64,000 nt of DNA, from positions 44,268,001 to 44,332,000 of the forward strand of contig OX597831.1 in assembly GCA_951406725.2 (NCBI GenBank), written 5' to 3'. Made by a program: the position numbers and the translations under genes. Source of the stretch: Octopus vulgaris. Lineage: Eukaryota. The notes below the pieces were generated by a model, which did not search any database, was not told the origin of the DNA, and worked only from the letters and a program-made list of their open reading frames with translations. Of the stretch, positions 16,400 through 29,266 are shown piece after piece. Within the stretch, counting starts at the first letter, position 1. Each line of letters opens with the position of its first letter.

Positions 16400-16545
16400 C
16401 CGCGTCAGTTTATTTTGCAAGCGCTTCTAGGTTTTTGTAGAAACTTGTTCGTACATAACCTCTGATGATGAGTGTAAACAAGAATTCATAGTCAGGGTAC
16501 AAGAGCTGTAAGTTCCGCATTACTTCGCCATAAATGTTTTCTTTA
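16400..16545 (-). pseudogene. older fragment of the same RLE family
   Basis: KENIYGEVMRNLQLLYPDYEFLFTLII, abutting (CATA)n. Confidence 0.65.
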
Positions 16546-17027
16546 TGTATGTATGTATGTATGTATGTATGTATGTATGTATGTATGTATGTATGTATGT
16601 ATGTATGTATGTATGTATGTGTGTGCATGCATGTATGTATGTGTGTATGTATTATATATATGTATGTGTGTATGTATGTATTATATATATGTATGTGTGT
16701 ATGTATTATATATATATATGTATATGTGTATGTATGTGTATGTGTGTATATGTATGCATGTGTGTGTATGTAATTATGTGTGTATATATGTATTTATTAT
16801 GCATATGTGTGTACGTATATATTGTATGTGTATGTATGTATGTTTGTGAATCTATGTTTGTATATGTATGTATATATGTATGCATGCATGTATGTATCTA
16901 TGCATGCATGCATGCATGCATGTATGTATGTATGTATGTATGTATGTATGTATGTATGTATGTATGTATGTATGTATGTATGTATGTATGTATGTAGGTA
17001 TGTAGGTATGTATGTATGTATGTGTGA

Positions 17028-17131
17028 TTGTTCAGTTTTATTTCAAGATTTCTTGCCAATAGAAAAATAGCCGGTTTCTAACCTTGATCCAAAGTTCCTT
17101 TTGAATTTCAACATCAACAACAAGGTATTTT
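17028..17131 (-). mobile_element. isolated terminal 3' UTR piece of the CATA-associated RLE element
   Basis: Homologous to 15637-15742 and 33044-33150; flanked on both sides by (TATG)n. Confidence 0.7.
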
Positions 17132-17479
17132 TGTATGTATGAATGTATGTATGTATGTATGTATGTATGTATGTACGTGTGTATGTATGTATGTATGTAT
17201 GTATGTATGTATGTATGTATGTATGTATGTATGTATGCATGCATGCATGTATGTATGTATGTATGTATGTATGTATGTATGTATGTATGTATGTATGTGT
17301 GTGTGTGTGTAGTTTTAAACATTTGACCAAATGTATTTAGTAGTATGGTACCCAGTTACTTACCTCTCTCTATCTATCCATCTTTTTACTCTTCTTTTTT
17401 TCTAAGTACGTCAATTTGTATACACACACACACACACACATATGTATAAATTTAATGCGCAACATATAGATTGAACTAA

Positions 17480-18751
17480 TCTTATATATAATAAAACGGA
17501 AGATGTGTGTGTATACAGGCCTTTTTCTTGATCCCGCTTAAAATCAATATTTTTCATCCGATTTCGTTCAAATATACATCACTTATGTTCCAGAGATGGT
17601 CATAGGCTCTTCAAACTTACCACATGTAATGTCGCTCCTAGGGGACGAAAACACCTCATAGGTAAATAACAAATACCAACGATTGTTGCTTCAAGGGACA
17701 TTATTCTTGATGACATAGTTATGCTACTTTCACTTCTACTACAGTTTTACAATACCCATTCACTGCAAACCACCGATATTTGCATATTCACACTTCCTTC
17801 CGGTGGCCATGCAATTTAAATCAACTTTAATTACTTTTTAAATGCCTTAAGACAATGTTTAGCCAGAATGCCCAAAGGCTCAAACATCTCAACCCCTCCA
17901 AAGGCTATTTGTAACAATTTTCTGAATCCACTCAGCAAATGATAGTACGACAAACAACATTCAGGCATTCGGCTTAACCCTCTCTACTTTGGTCAATCGC
18001 TGAAAGTTGTCGGATTGGACTTTTAAAAGTCATGCTTTTCACATAGACAGTTCTACGTCGGTTGTTCCATAGTTTACCATCCAGACAACTTATTCATCTA
18101 TGCTCCTGAAGGAAAAACCAAAATTGTCGTCGACAAAACATCTCTATAGTAGTTACTCCTCTACCGCAATCTTTACATCAACGTTAAACGTTAGCAATCA
18201 GACTTCCTACAAGCATTTCATTGTTATTTTGCTTCATTTCCCTGATTGCTGTTAACAGTACATTACCTTCAATGACCCTTCTTACTTCACGTACGCTATT
18301 CGCTCATAAGCGTGTTCTGGCATTTCTTTTTTGTACATGCCATTATTCTTTTTGTGTGTTTGCTATAAATGTTTGCTTTAATTTATCATACATGACTTTC
18401 ATTGAAAAAAGCTTCAATGCAGTTGCGTCAGGCATTACGTGTAAAAAAACTACATGCTACAAAACGCACGAGGTAAGATATAGGACTCCTAATACCTACT
18501 GAAATTGCGATATCATTTCATGGACTTTCATTTATTACTAACTGCCAAATTTTTGTTCAAAAATATATATATTTATTACCTAGGTTACTTAATACCTATA
18601 ATAAACTGCTAACAAAATAGGAAATAATAATACGTTTTACGTTTATCAACCTGAAACGACTTCTAACTGCCAGCTGATTCAACTTGAACCGTCCAAAGGA
18701 GTGCGCCATTATAATAAATTACACCGTCCAAAGGACGGGCGCGTTTGCTAG
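17480..18751 (+). mobile_element. Non-autonomous Helitron with a helicase C-terminal remnant (17991-18149)
   Basis: A|TC start (TCTTATATATAATAAAAC), 3' hairpin CCGTCCAAAGGACGG, then CTAG|T. Internal GQSLKVVGLDF*KSCFSHRQFYVGCS...NLFIYAPEGKTK matches Pif1-like Helitron helicase motifs V-VI. Confidence 0.85.
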
Positions 18752-18988
18752 TCCAGTGATAATCATAAAAAGTTCCTTTTGAGAACCAGGATACAAACCA
18801 CATAGTAAACCAATACATAGGACAATAATGTAGAGCCCTATGCAGTTGGAATCCAGTAAATCCAATCGGTGAAGTTTATTTCATGGGGAGAATATGGAAT
18901 ATAAAGCAAGTCAGTAGGTATGAGATGAGTATAATTATTTCATCTTGTACCCCTGCCTTTCTTTATATTCTCTCTCTCTATCTCACAC

Positions 18989-19080
<92 letters not shown>

Positions 19081-19700
19081 CTCTCTATGTATATATATAT
19101 TGTAAACAAAAAACGTAGTGTATAGATGTACAGTGAATTCTGAAGGTAAGAATTACTTTTACATCGGTGCTACGCAAAGCTATATCAAAAAATGTATCTC
19201 TAATCACAATTATACATTTAATAATAAAAATAAGTCGTCTTAGTAAATTTATTTGGGACTTAAAGGACAAGAATAAAATGTTAACTGTAGAGTGAGAACT
19301 AATAATAATAAGCAGGGCTGGTCCCTATAAAATTGGCAATGCCTTTTGTTTTCCTTGCATAGAAGAATTACACGAAATCTTAAATTCCAAATGTAGGCTC
19401 CTAACAACAAGGAGGGAGAGTGGATTATCCTGTGCTCACGCCTATAAACATGTTTTCAAAAACTAGCATTAAATACAATGTAATAGTTACCAGGACTATA
19501 AATTTAGGCGGTATGTCAGGATTAATATACTAACAATTATAACTATAAAGATTAGGTAATTCTTAGTAGATATCATATTAATATTAAAATATAAAATAAA
19601 GGGCAAATATGAACATAAAGTTTTATTTACAGGCAACTGTATTATATAAGTGTTAAAAGTATTTTAATTTAAGTACATATCTTAGGAATTTGTGATCAAT

Positions 19701-19866
19701 AGGCGCAGGAGTGGCTGTGTGGTAAGTAGCTTGTTTACCAGCCACATGGTTCCGGGTTCAGTCCCACTGCGTGGCATCTTGGGCAAGTGTCTTCTACTAT
19801 AGCCTCAGGCCGACCAAAGTCTTGTGAGTGGATTTGGTAGACGGAAACTGAAAGAAGCCTGTCGTA

Positions 19867-19904
<38 letters not shown>

Positions 19905-20130
19905 TGTGTGTGTGTTTGTGTGAGTGTGTTTGTCCCCCTAGCATTGCTTGACAACCGATGCGGGTGTGTTTATGTCCCCGTCACTTAGCGGTTCGGCAAA
20001 AGAGACCGATAGAATAAGTACTGGGCTTACAAAAGAATAAGTCCCGGGGTCGAGTTGCTCGACTAAAGGTGGTGCTCCAGTATGGCCGCAGTCAAATGAC
20101 TGAAACAAGTAAAAGAGTAAAGAGTAAAGA
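19701..20130 (+). mobile_element. SINE family A
   Basis: Full-length match to 6874-7270. Confidence 0.85.
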
Positions 20131-20985
20131 GTAATATGTTTTAAAAAAAGTAATTGGTAATCTTAAGTTAAAGATACTACGTATTAATTCAATGGTGGTT
20201 TTAATTCTTATTAATTTCACTAATTTTGATTTGTTAACGTTTGAGCTTTCCTCAATTAAGCTCATGATTATCCTGCTCACACTATTATCTGCACAAATAT
20301 TGATGACGTAATATTCAGCTATGGTAATTAGTAAGCAGTTCTGATTCGTAATCGTCTAGTAGCTTTCAACAAATTAAGACACACACGAACAAATACGTAA
20401 TGAAAAAATTACATGTACGTAACTATGGTTTTTCAAATAAAAAATTATAATAACAATAATTTATTATTTAACTGTAATTTCTAGATTGCACCTGGGTGAC
20501 TTATAATTACATTTCTTAACTGATTAAATACTTTAATGGCATTTCGATCTATCATAAGTAAAAATATAATTTAGGAATGATGGTTTTTTAACTTTTAGTT
20601 TAAAGTAATCGTATCGAAATATCGTTTAAGCTATTTTGTTTTTATTTTTATGAACACATTACACGCGCGCGCACACAAACGCATTAAAGACGTTTGAATT
20701 TACATTTACATAAGTAACGATTTTCTTTTAAATACATTGGATGCTGAAACGCACATATCTGAGTCTATCAAGGGTCAACAACACATCGGAATGTAGCTCC
20801 TGATAAAATATCCAAATAACAATATTCGATATGGAAATTTAATTTAATTTAATTTAATTTAATTTTTCAATTTGATTCATTTGGGAATGGAAACAATTGT
20901 AGGTGAAACTGAGTTTGATATTGTTCAGAATTGTATTACGTTCAAGTAAATTTATGTCTATATGTTAGTTTCTCCGTTTCCCTCA

Positions 20986-21055
<70 letters not shown>

Positions 21056-21246
21056 TTTATACATTTATCAATTCAAATAAACAAACAATTCAAATAAACG
21101 AAGAAAATACGAAGAAAAAACAACGAACGTGAGGACGTGCACAAGAAGTATATTAGCTTGACGCTCGGTAAAAAGAGAGAGTTTGACGTTTCGAGCATAG
21201 CCCTTCGTCGGAAAGGAGGAAGGGAAAAGTTCTATATATACATATA

Positions 21247-22458
21247 TATATAGTCAAATCGAATGTTAAAAGTTGAGCAATCGAATATTAAGAATAACAA
21301 TAACAAAGCAAGAGGACGTACGCTTGGAATATATTAGATTCGCGCTCGGTAAAAGTGGAAAAAAGAGAAGAAAGAGTGGATTTTTAACGTTTCGAGTATA
21401 GCTCTTCGTCAGAAAAGAAAACAGAGAAGGCCAGAGAAGGAACAATTTTACGAACAGCGCGTGTATATATAAGCTCTCTGAACATCTGCATCAAGAAGCG
21501 CCCATCGTCACCACATCTTATTGCCGTGCTGTGTCAATAAATATCGGAAGATGAAAATTTGTCTCAACGGTGACCAGTAAGAATACTAGATATTTGTTGC
21601 CTCCGATATAGGAACTCGTTAATAATACATTTACTGATATTGCCAACAGCTGCCGGGCTGAATGAATAATTTGGTGAATGCAAATGAAGCAGTATTTAAT
21701 TAAAATAGACATCTCTGTATCAGATTTAATGTATATAAACACTGGCAAGTAATTTACTGCGGTTATTGTCTTAGATAAAATCGATAATGGATGAGCAGTG
21801 TTTAAAAATGCAACATATTGGAGGAAAACAAAGCAGCGAGGCGGCAGAATCGTTAACATGCCGGGTAGAATGCTTGGCAGTATTTCGTCCGCCTTTATGT
21901 TCTGAGTTCAAATTTCGACGCGGTCGACTTTCCCTTTCAACCTTTCCGGGGTCTATAAAATAAGAACCATTTGACAACTGGACCAAGTTCAGTTCTTACT
22001 CGAAGCTATTTCAATTACTGCAGCAATATTTTCAAAAAAAAAACTAAGGAGGTAAGCTGACAAAATTGTTACTCTGCCGGACAAAACATTAGCGGTATTT
22101 CGACCAACAAATATCTAGCATTCTTACTGGTCGCCGTTGAGACAAATTTTCATCTTCCGATATTTATTGACACAGCTAGGCAATAAGATGTGGTGACGAT
22201 GGGCGCTTCTTGATGCAGATGTTCAGAGAGCTTATATATACACGCGCTGTTCGTAAAATTGTTCCTTCTCTGGACTTCTCTGTTTTCTTTTCTGACCAAG
22301 AGCTGTACTCGAAACGTTAAAAATCCACTCTTTCTTCTCTTTTTTCCACTTTTACCGAGCGCGAATCTAATACATTCCAAGCGTACGTCCTCTTGTTTTG
22401 TTATTGTTATTCTTAATATTCGATTGCTCAACTTTTAACATTCGATTTGACTATATAT
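21247..22458. repeat. ~353-bp inverted repeat (21247-21599 / 22105-22458), ~505-bp spacer
   Basis: The arms are near-exact reverse complements, and each contains a Penelope-type hammerhead-like motif. Confidence 0.9.
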
Positions 22459-22652
22459 GTTCAAATTCTGAGTTCAAATTCTATAAATTTCCCGTCCGTA
22501 AATTTTCGTTCTGTTTTCCTGTTTACTTTGCTGTCGTCTAACTTTTTCTCCTTGTGTTCTGTCTGTTCAACCCTTGATCCATGTAGTGCAACGCACACCC
22601 TGTTTGTTTACTTTATTATAAAATGTATTCCTTGGATATTTATTGTGCGACT

Positions 22653-22689
<37 letters not shown>

Positions 22690-23422
22690 TTTATTCTGTA
22701 TCTCGCCCTCTCTCCGTACCCCTTTTCCTCTTACTCCATCTCTTTTTCCCCACATACTCTCTCTTTCCGCCCTTGCTTGCCTCCCTTGTAACTTTCTCTT
22801 CCCTCTCTCCAATCCATCTGCTCCTTCGTTCTTTCTCTCTCTTTCTCTCTCTCTTTTTCTCTCTCTTTTTCTCTCTCTCTCTCTTTCTCCCACTCTTTCC
22901 TTCTCAACACTTCCTCTTCTCTACCACGTGACTGGTGTCCGGCGAAGGCGGTATTCTTTTTCGCCCCGCCTTTGGCCAGACTGGTCATGATGGTCTGGGC
23001 TCCTGCTGCGTCCTCTAGGATTTACTCCAATTCATCTTTGCACATCCCCACTAAGTTCGTTCCATAGCTGCAATTACTATTTTTTTCTTCGGTTGTACAT
23101 AGCCGTAAGGCTTTGTGTTGTTATATATGCATAATCCTTTGTCTGTAATTATAAAATGTCTTGTTTGTTTCTCTCTTAGCATACATTCGCTAGTTTTTCC
23201 CAGTAGCTTAATAATAGCATTGACGTCTCCAAAATTGAGTAGTCTCAATGGTAATGGCGTGAAACCACTATGATATTTTGGGTCATTCACTGACGACGAA
23301 AACTCAGCTGCGAATATTCCGTGTATCGTGTCTTTATCTCAATTTCCCGTCCGTTAAGGTTTCGTCTAGTTTCCCGTTTCTGTTCAACCCGTGACATGTA
23401 TGTATGTATGTATGTATGTATG

Positions 23423-23505
<83 letters not shown>

Positions 23506-23667
23506 TTATCGCCATACTAATATGGCATTCTTATAAAAATAAGAATAAAGCTGACCGCTTATTAGCTCCATGAGGCCATCGCCTTAAGTTAGCTATTTGA
23601 TACACAAACTGTATCCATATAACCTTTGAACAAGGGAGGTCAGTCGCTCCACACTACTTAGCCGGCA

Positions 23668-23709
23668 GCTACAGACGCGTTTCGGGGTATTGCCCCTTTT
23701 CAATGCAGC
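23668..23709 (-). ncRNA. putative type I hammerhead ribozyme (U3-A8 variant)
   Basis: Reverse complement of the motif at 24191-24232. Confidence 0.7.
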
Positions 23710-24190
23710 GTAGCCAAACCAGTAGGTGTCGCTTCTGACAATCTCTGTTCAAAGGTTTTATTTACCTAGCTTCGGTGGAATACATCCACTTGTTTTCAAT
23801 AATAGAAATATTAAAATTACTAAGTCTCTCTAAAAGAGAACAACGGCAGCGTTCCCGGAAAATATTAGTTATCGCCATACTAATATGGCATTCTTATAAA
23901 AATAAGAATAAAGCTGACCGCTTATTAGCTCCATGTATCAAATAGCTAACTTAAGGCGATGGCCTCATGGAGCTAATAAGCGGTCAGATTTATTCTTATT
24001 TTATAAGAATGCCATATTAGTATGGCGATAACTAATATTTTCCGGGAACGCTGCCGTTGTTCTCTTTTAGAGAGACTTAGTAATTTTAATATTTCTATTA
24101 TTGAAAACAAGTGGATGTATTCCACCGAAGCTAGGTAAATAAAACCTTTGAACAGAGATTGTCAGAAGCGACACCTACTGGTTTGGCTAC

Positions 24191-24232
24191 GCTGCATTGA
24201 AAAGGGGCAATACCCCGAAACGCGTCTGTAGC
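24191..24232 (+). ncRNA. putative type I hammerhead ribozyme (U3-A8 variant)
   Basis: Helix I GCTGCA/TGTAGC; core TTGAAAA; helix II GGGG-CAATA-CCCC; GAAA; palindromic helix III ACGCGT; GTC cleavage triplet (C24226). Confidence 0.75.
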
Positions 24233-24553
24233 TGCCGGCCAAGTAGTGTGGAGCGACTGACCTCCCTTGTTCAAAGGTTATATGGATACAGTTTGTGTAT
24301 CAAATAGCTAACTTAAGGCGATGGCCTCATGGAGCTAATAAGCAGTCAGCTTTATTCTTATTTTTATAAGAATGCCATATTAGTATGGCGATAACTAATA
24401 TTTTCCGGGAACGCTGCCGTTGTTCTCTTTTAGAGAGACTTAGTAATTTTAATATTTCTATTATTGAAAACAAGTGGATGTATTCCACCGAAGCTAGGTA
24501 AATAAAACCTTTGAACAGAGATTGTCAGAAGCTACACCTACTGGTTTGGCTAC

Positions 24554-24595
24554 GCTGCATTGAAAAGGGGCAATACCCCGAAACGCGTCTGTAGC
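24554..24595 (+). ncRNA. putative type I hammerhead ribozyme, copy 2
   Basis: Identical motif, 363 bp downstream. Confidence 0.75.
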
Positions 24596-24916
24596 TGCCG
24601 GCCAAGTAGTGTGGAGCGACTGACCTCCCTTGTTCAAAGGTTATATGGATACAGTTTGTGTATCAAATAGCTAACTTAAGGCGATGGCCTCATGGAGCTA
24701 ATAAGCAGTCAGCTTTATTCTTATTTTTATAAGAATGCCATATTAGTATGGCGATAACTAATATTTTCCGGGAACGCTGCCGTTGTTCTCTTTTAGAGAG
24801 ACTTAGTAATTTTAATATTTCTATTATTGAAAACAAGTGGATGTATTCCACCGAAGCTAGGTAAATAAAACCTATGAACAGAGATTGTCATAAGCGACAC
24901 CTACTGGTTTGGCTAC

Positions 24917-24958
24917 GCTGCATTGAAAAGGGGCAATACCCCGAAACGCGTCTGTAGC
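24917..24958 (+). ncRNA. putative type I hammerhead ribozyme, copy 3
   Basis: Identical motif, 726 bp downstream of the first. Confidence 0.75.
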
Positions 24959-25184
24959 TGCCGGCCAAGTAGTGTGGAGCGACTGACCTCCCTTGTTCAA
25001 AGGTTATATGGATACAGTTTGTGTATCAAATAGCTAACTTAAGGCGATGGCCTCATGGAGCTAATAAGCGGTCAGCTTTATTCTTATTTTTATAAGAATG
25101 CCATATTAGTATGGCGATAACTAATATTTTCCGGGAACGCTGCCGTTGTTCTCTTTTAGAGAGACTTAGTAATTTTAATATTTC

Positions 25185-25263
<79 letters not shown>

Positions 25264-25654
25264 TTAATATACGCAATTACAAAAGTGTTACTAGTAGTTT
25301 CATGCTTTAAGATTCATTAAACTGGCAGATTTACCTAACATGCCATCTGTCTCCAAGCAATGTTTCAGGTTCAGTTCATAGCGTTTGATGCAGTTAAAAA
25401 CCAGGACACTGCTCTACGACAAAACATGAGCACGAACGACGTGAAGAAGCTTGATGCAAAAAGTAGGACGAGAAAAAAGAAAAAGAAAAGTAATTCAGAA
25501 AACCAAGATCTTTGTCGTTTTGACTGCAGTAATCACAATTAATGTAGCTGGAGCTGAATATTATAACGGAAGAGAGGCCAGAGTCTGTGAGATAGGTACT
25601 CAATTAGGAACGGATGGTGTCTTCCAGTTCGACAAAAGAAATTTGTCCATATAT

Positions 25655-26042
25655 AGGCGCAGGAGTGGCTGTGTGGTAAGTAGCTTGCTAACCAATCACA
25701 TGGTTCCGGGTTCAGTCCCACTGCGTGGCATCTTGGGCAAGTGTCTTCTGCTATAGCCCCGGGCCGACCAATGCCTTGTGAGTGGATTTGGTAGACGGAA
25801 ACTGAAAGAAGCCTGTCGTATATATGTATATATATGTATGTGTGTGTTTGTGTGTCTGTGTTTGTCCCCCTAGCATTGCTTGACAACCGATGCTGGTGTG
25901 TTTACGTCCCCGTCACTTAGCGGTTCGGCAAAAGAGACCGATAGAATAAGTACTGGGCTTACAAAGAATAAGTCCCGGGGTCGATTTGCTCGACTAAAGG
26001 CGGTGCTCCAGCATGGCCGCAGTCAAATGACTGAAACAAGTA

Positions 26043-26045
<3 letters not shown>
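25655..26045 (+). mobile_element. SINE family A
   Basis: Full-length match to the other copies. Confidence 0.85.
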
Positions 26046-26119
<74 letters not shown>

Positions 26120-26436
26120 CTAAACATTCCTCATCTGGAATAAAGTGGTGTGGTGGAATTCTTGGCCTGAAAGACTGTTTGGAGATACAAGGCATGTTAT
26201 ATAAATCTGCCAATTTAATGTATCTTAAGGCATGAAACTATTAGTAGCTCATATTTAAGTACTGTGTATATTAAAAATTATATTTATATTTCACTGGATG
26301 GAATACTTTTTTGTTGTTTCTACCCATAATAGATCTGTAAACTATGTATATACATATATATATGTATGTATGTATGCATGTATGTATGTATGTATGTATG
26401 TATGTATGTATGTATGTATGTATGTATGTATATATG

Positions 26437-26527
<91 letters not shown>

Positions 26528-26998
26528 TAAAATTTACAGAAAACAAAACATGAGGACAGTTGTAGGAACAAGCAGGTATATTAGGTTCACACTCGAGGAG
26601 AATGGAAAAGCCTTTTATGTTTCGAGCCTACGCTCTTCGACAGAAAGGATTGAAAGGAAAACAAAACAAAGAAAGAATGAAAAAATACGGAGTGAGAAAA
26701 TAATATGTAGAGAAAAAACGTATTTATATAGTCAAAAATATATATACAGTCAAAAATTGTGAAGCATGACTGTCACTACTACTACATGAACCTGAAGATT
26801 GCATAATTTAATGCATGAAAGTACTAGTTCAATCAGAATGAACATTTAACATTCTACTATTTTATTTTATTCTATTATATTATCTTATATTATATCATTA
26901 TAAGATTGTAAATAAAACGTGAAAATCAGACAAGGTTGGAATTCCTTTTATTAATATATTCTTCTATACACAATCACACACACCCGTATATATATCTA

Positions 26999-27080
<82 letters not shown>

Positions 27081-27394
27081 AGTATGTACGTATGTATATA
27101 TATAGCTTTCTTACAATGAGGTCTAATGCTCTTAGCTTCTCAGTCGAAAGACACCTGTTGTTATTTCTTGTTTGTATTCGTAATTATGTACCATGTTCTC
27201 TGTTTTTGTCTTTAGATCGAACCGTCTCAAGTGTAACTGCCCGAAATGCTCATGACTTCTAATACTTGACTGAAGAAAGAGGGCCACGAATGACCCGTCT
27301 TTTTTTGCCTGTCCTTCTAATTGTTGTTTCTCTTCTCCGCATTTGTATCCTCTATCTGTCCGAATGTTTTATTGTACTCTATTGTGTTTTTTCT

Positions 27395-27439
<45 letters not shown>

Positions 27440-27443
<4 letters not shown>

Positions 27444-28170
27444 ACATTAGTGAAGAAGATATAATACTAGCCATAGATAAAGGTGGACACAAATTCAGCT
27501 GCTGTCCCTGTTGGTTTCCTAGCAATCCTCCTAAAATCGTTTAAACATGGCAAGCTCCCAAGCAAACTGAAGGAGGGAATAATATGCCCAATCCATAAAG
27601 GATGAAGCAGAGCAGATGCCAAAAATTATAGGTCTATCTCTCTGACTTCACACATCAGCAAAGTCATGGAACGAATAGTCAGGGGGAAACAACTTGCTGA
27701 GTGATACCCAGCATGGTTTTCGACCAGGTAGGAGCTACATGACCCAACTCCTATAGCACTATGACTGGGTATTGATGCAGTTACTCGCCAACTCAAATAT
27801 GGACATAATATACCTTGACTTTGAAAAAGCTGTTGATAAAGTTGATCATGGTATGATATGCCACAAACTGCGTGACCTTGGCATAGCTGGTAAACTTGGA
27901 GAGTGGTTACATGACTTTATGAAAGATAGAAGTCAGGTAGTGGAGCCACCTCAAAGAAAACACAAATAGTGAGTGGTGTTCCACAGGGTACTGCCTTGGG
28001 ACCACTTTTCATAGCGGCCCTCTCAGATATGCTTTCAACTGCCCAGATAGCTACCCTTGCTAGCTATGCAGACGATATGAAAGTCTCATAGAAAATACAA
28101 AACCCTAGCAATGTTGCACGCTTGCAGCAGGAATTCGACGCAAATTACAGATGATCTGAGGACAATAATA
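27440..28170 (+). pseudogene. CR1/L2/Jockey-group LINE reverse transcriptase fragment
   Basis: NYRSISLTSHISKVMERIV, QHGFRPGRS, IYLDFEKAVDKVDH, SGVPQGTALGP and YADD in order, with stops and frameshifts. Confidence 0.85.
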
Positions 28171-28233
28171 TGGAGGTAGGTTGGGTTGTTGGTATGGCTG
28201 TTTTTGTATATGTGGAAGGTATTATAACACATC

Positions 28234-28289
<56 letters not shown>

Positions 28290-28789
28290 CCGTTTTCGTT
28301 TCTCGTCCAGTTCCACGTCTCTGTTTTTCTGTTGTAAAAAAATGGCTTTTCCGTTTTCGTTTCTCGTTGAGGTCTACGTCTAGTTGTGGTGTCCTGTACT
28401 CACGTATATATATTTATATATGCATGTATATATACATGTAGATGTAGGTACGTACATATATGTTTGTATGTATGCATATATTTTATTTATTACACTATTG
28501 TCTGACAGCGCTTTCGCGTCGGGTTCGTTTCGATTCGTCGCTTCGTTCCATTTCTTATGCTCCCAGTACTGTTTTATATATATATATATATATATCAAAA
28601 CACCAGACATATTTGCTTGACAGGGAGGGAGACAGAGAAGCAGGCGGAACAGGCAGACAGACAGACAGACAGGCAAATATATCTGCTTGTGGATATAGTT
28701 ATCCATCTGATAGATATATTTAAGTCGATATATGTATGTTTGTATGTATGTATGTACGTATGTATACATATATGTATGTATATCTATAT

Positions 28790-28832
<43 letters not shown>

Positions 28833-29155
28833 CACACACACAGAGTCACCCATACGCATACACATATTAATATGGACGTTTTTCAGTTACGTGAAGACCG
28901 CCAACATTTCCCTGATTGAAACCCTGAGTACAGGTAAATATGTATTTGTAAGGTAAATTGATATATTTGCCAAAATATAGCGATGTGTACAAAGCATCTT
29001 TCGAAATCAGTTTCTCGAACTATCAGCTTCGGTTCATATCAGGTCATATCTAGCGTGTATGTGAATGTGTGTACGTATATGTGCGTGTCTATGTGTACGT
29101 ATGCATGTCTATACACATACACACAGACACAAAAATACACACACACATATATATA

Positions 29156-29266
29156 CAGTCGTGGCCAAAAGTTTGGAACATTTTTAGTACTTAAAATTGC
29201 TATGCAAAAGTACAATTCGATTAACATATATAACAACATAGAGATGCAATTTTTTAGCCACGACTG
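29156..29266. mobile_element. Tc1-like miniature element
   Basis: TIRs CAGTCGTGGCCAAAA / TTTTAGCCACGACTG flanked by TA; only 111 bp. Confidence 0.75.

Larger units (their letters stand above)
23501..25190. repeat. 363-bp unit array: ~1.2 copies in one orientation, then ~3.5 inverted copies, inside (TA)n; retrozyme/Penelope pLTR-like
   Basis: ATTAGTTATCGCC recurs at 23501 and 23864. Inverted units start at 23935, 24297, 24660 and 25023. Confidence 0.92.

Noticed and set aside
23501-25190. CRISPR array or ordinary satellite
   Set aside because: There are no unique spacers or cas genes. The inversion and ribozyme motif point to a retroelement.
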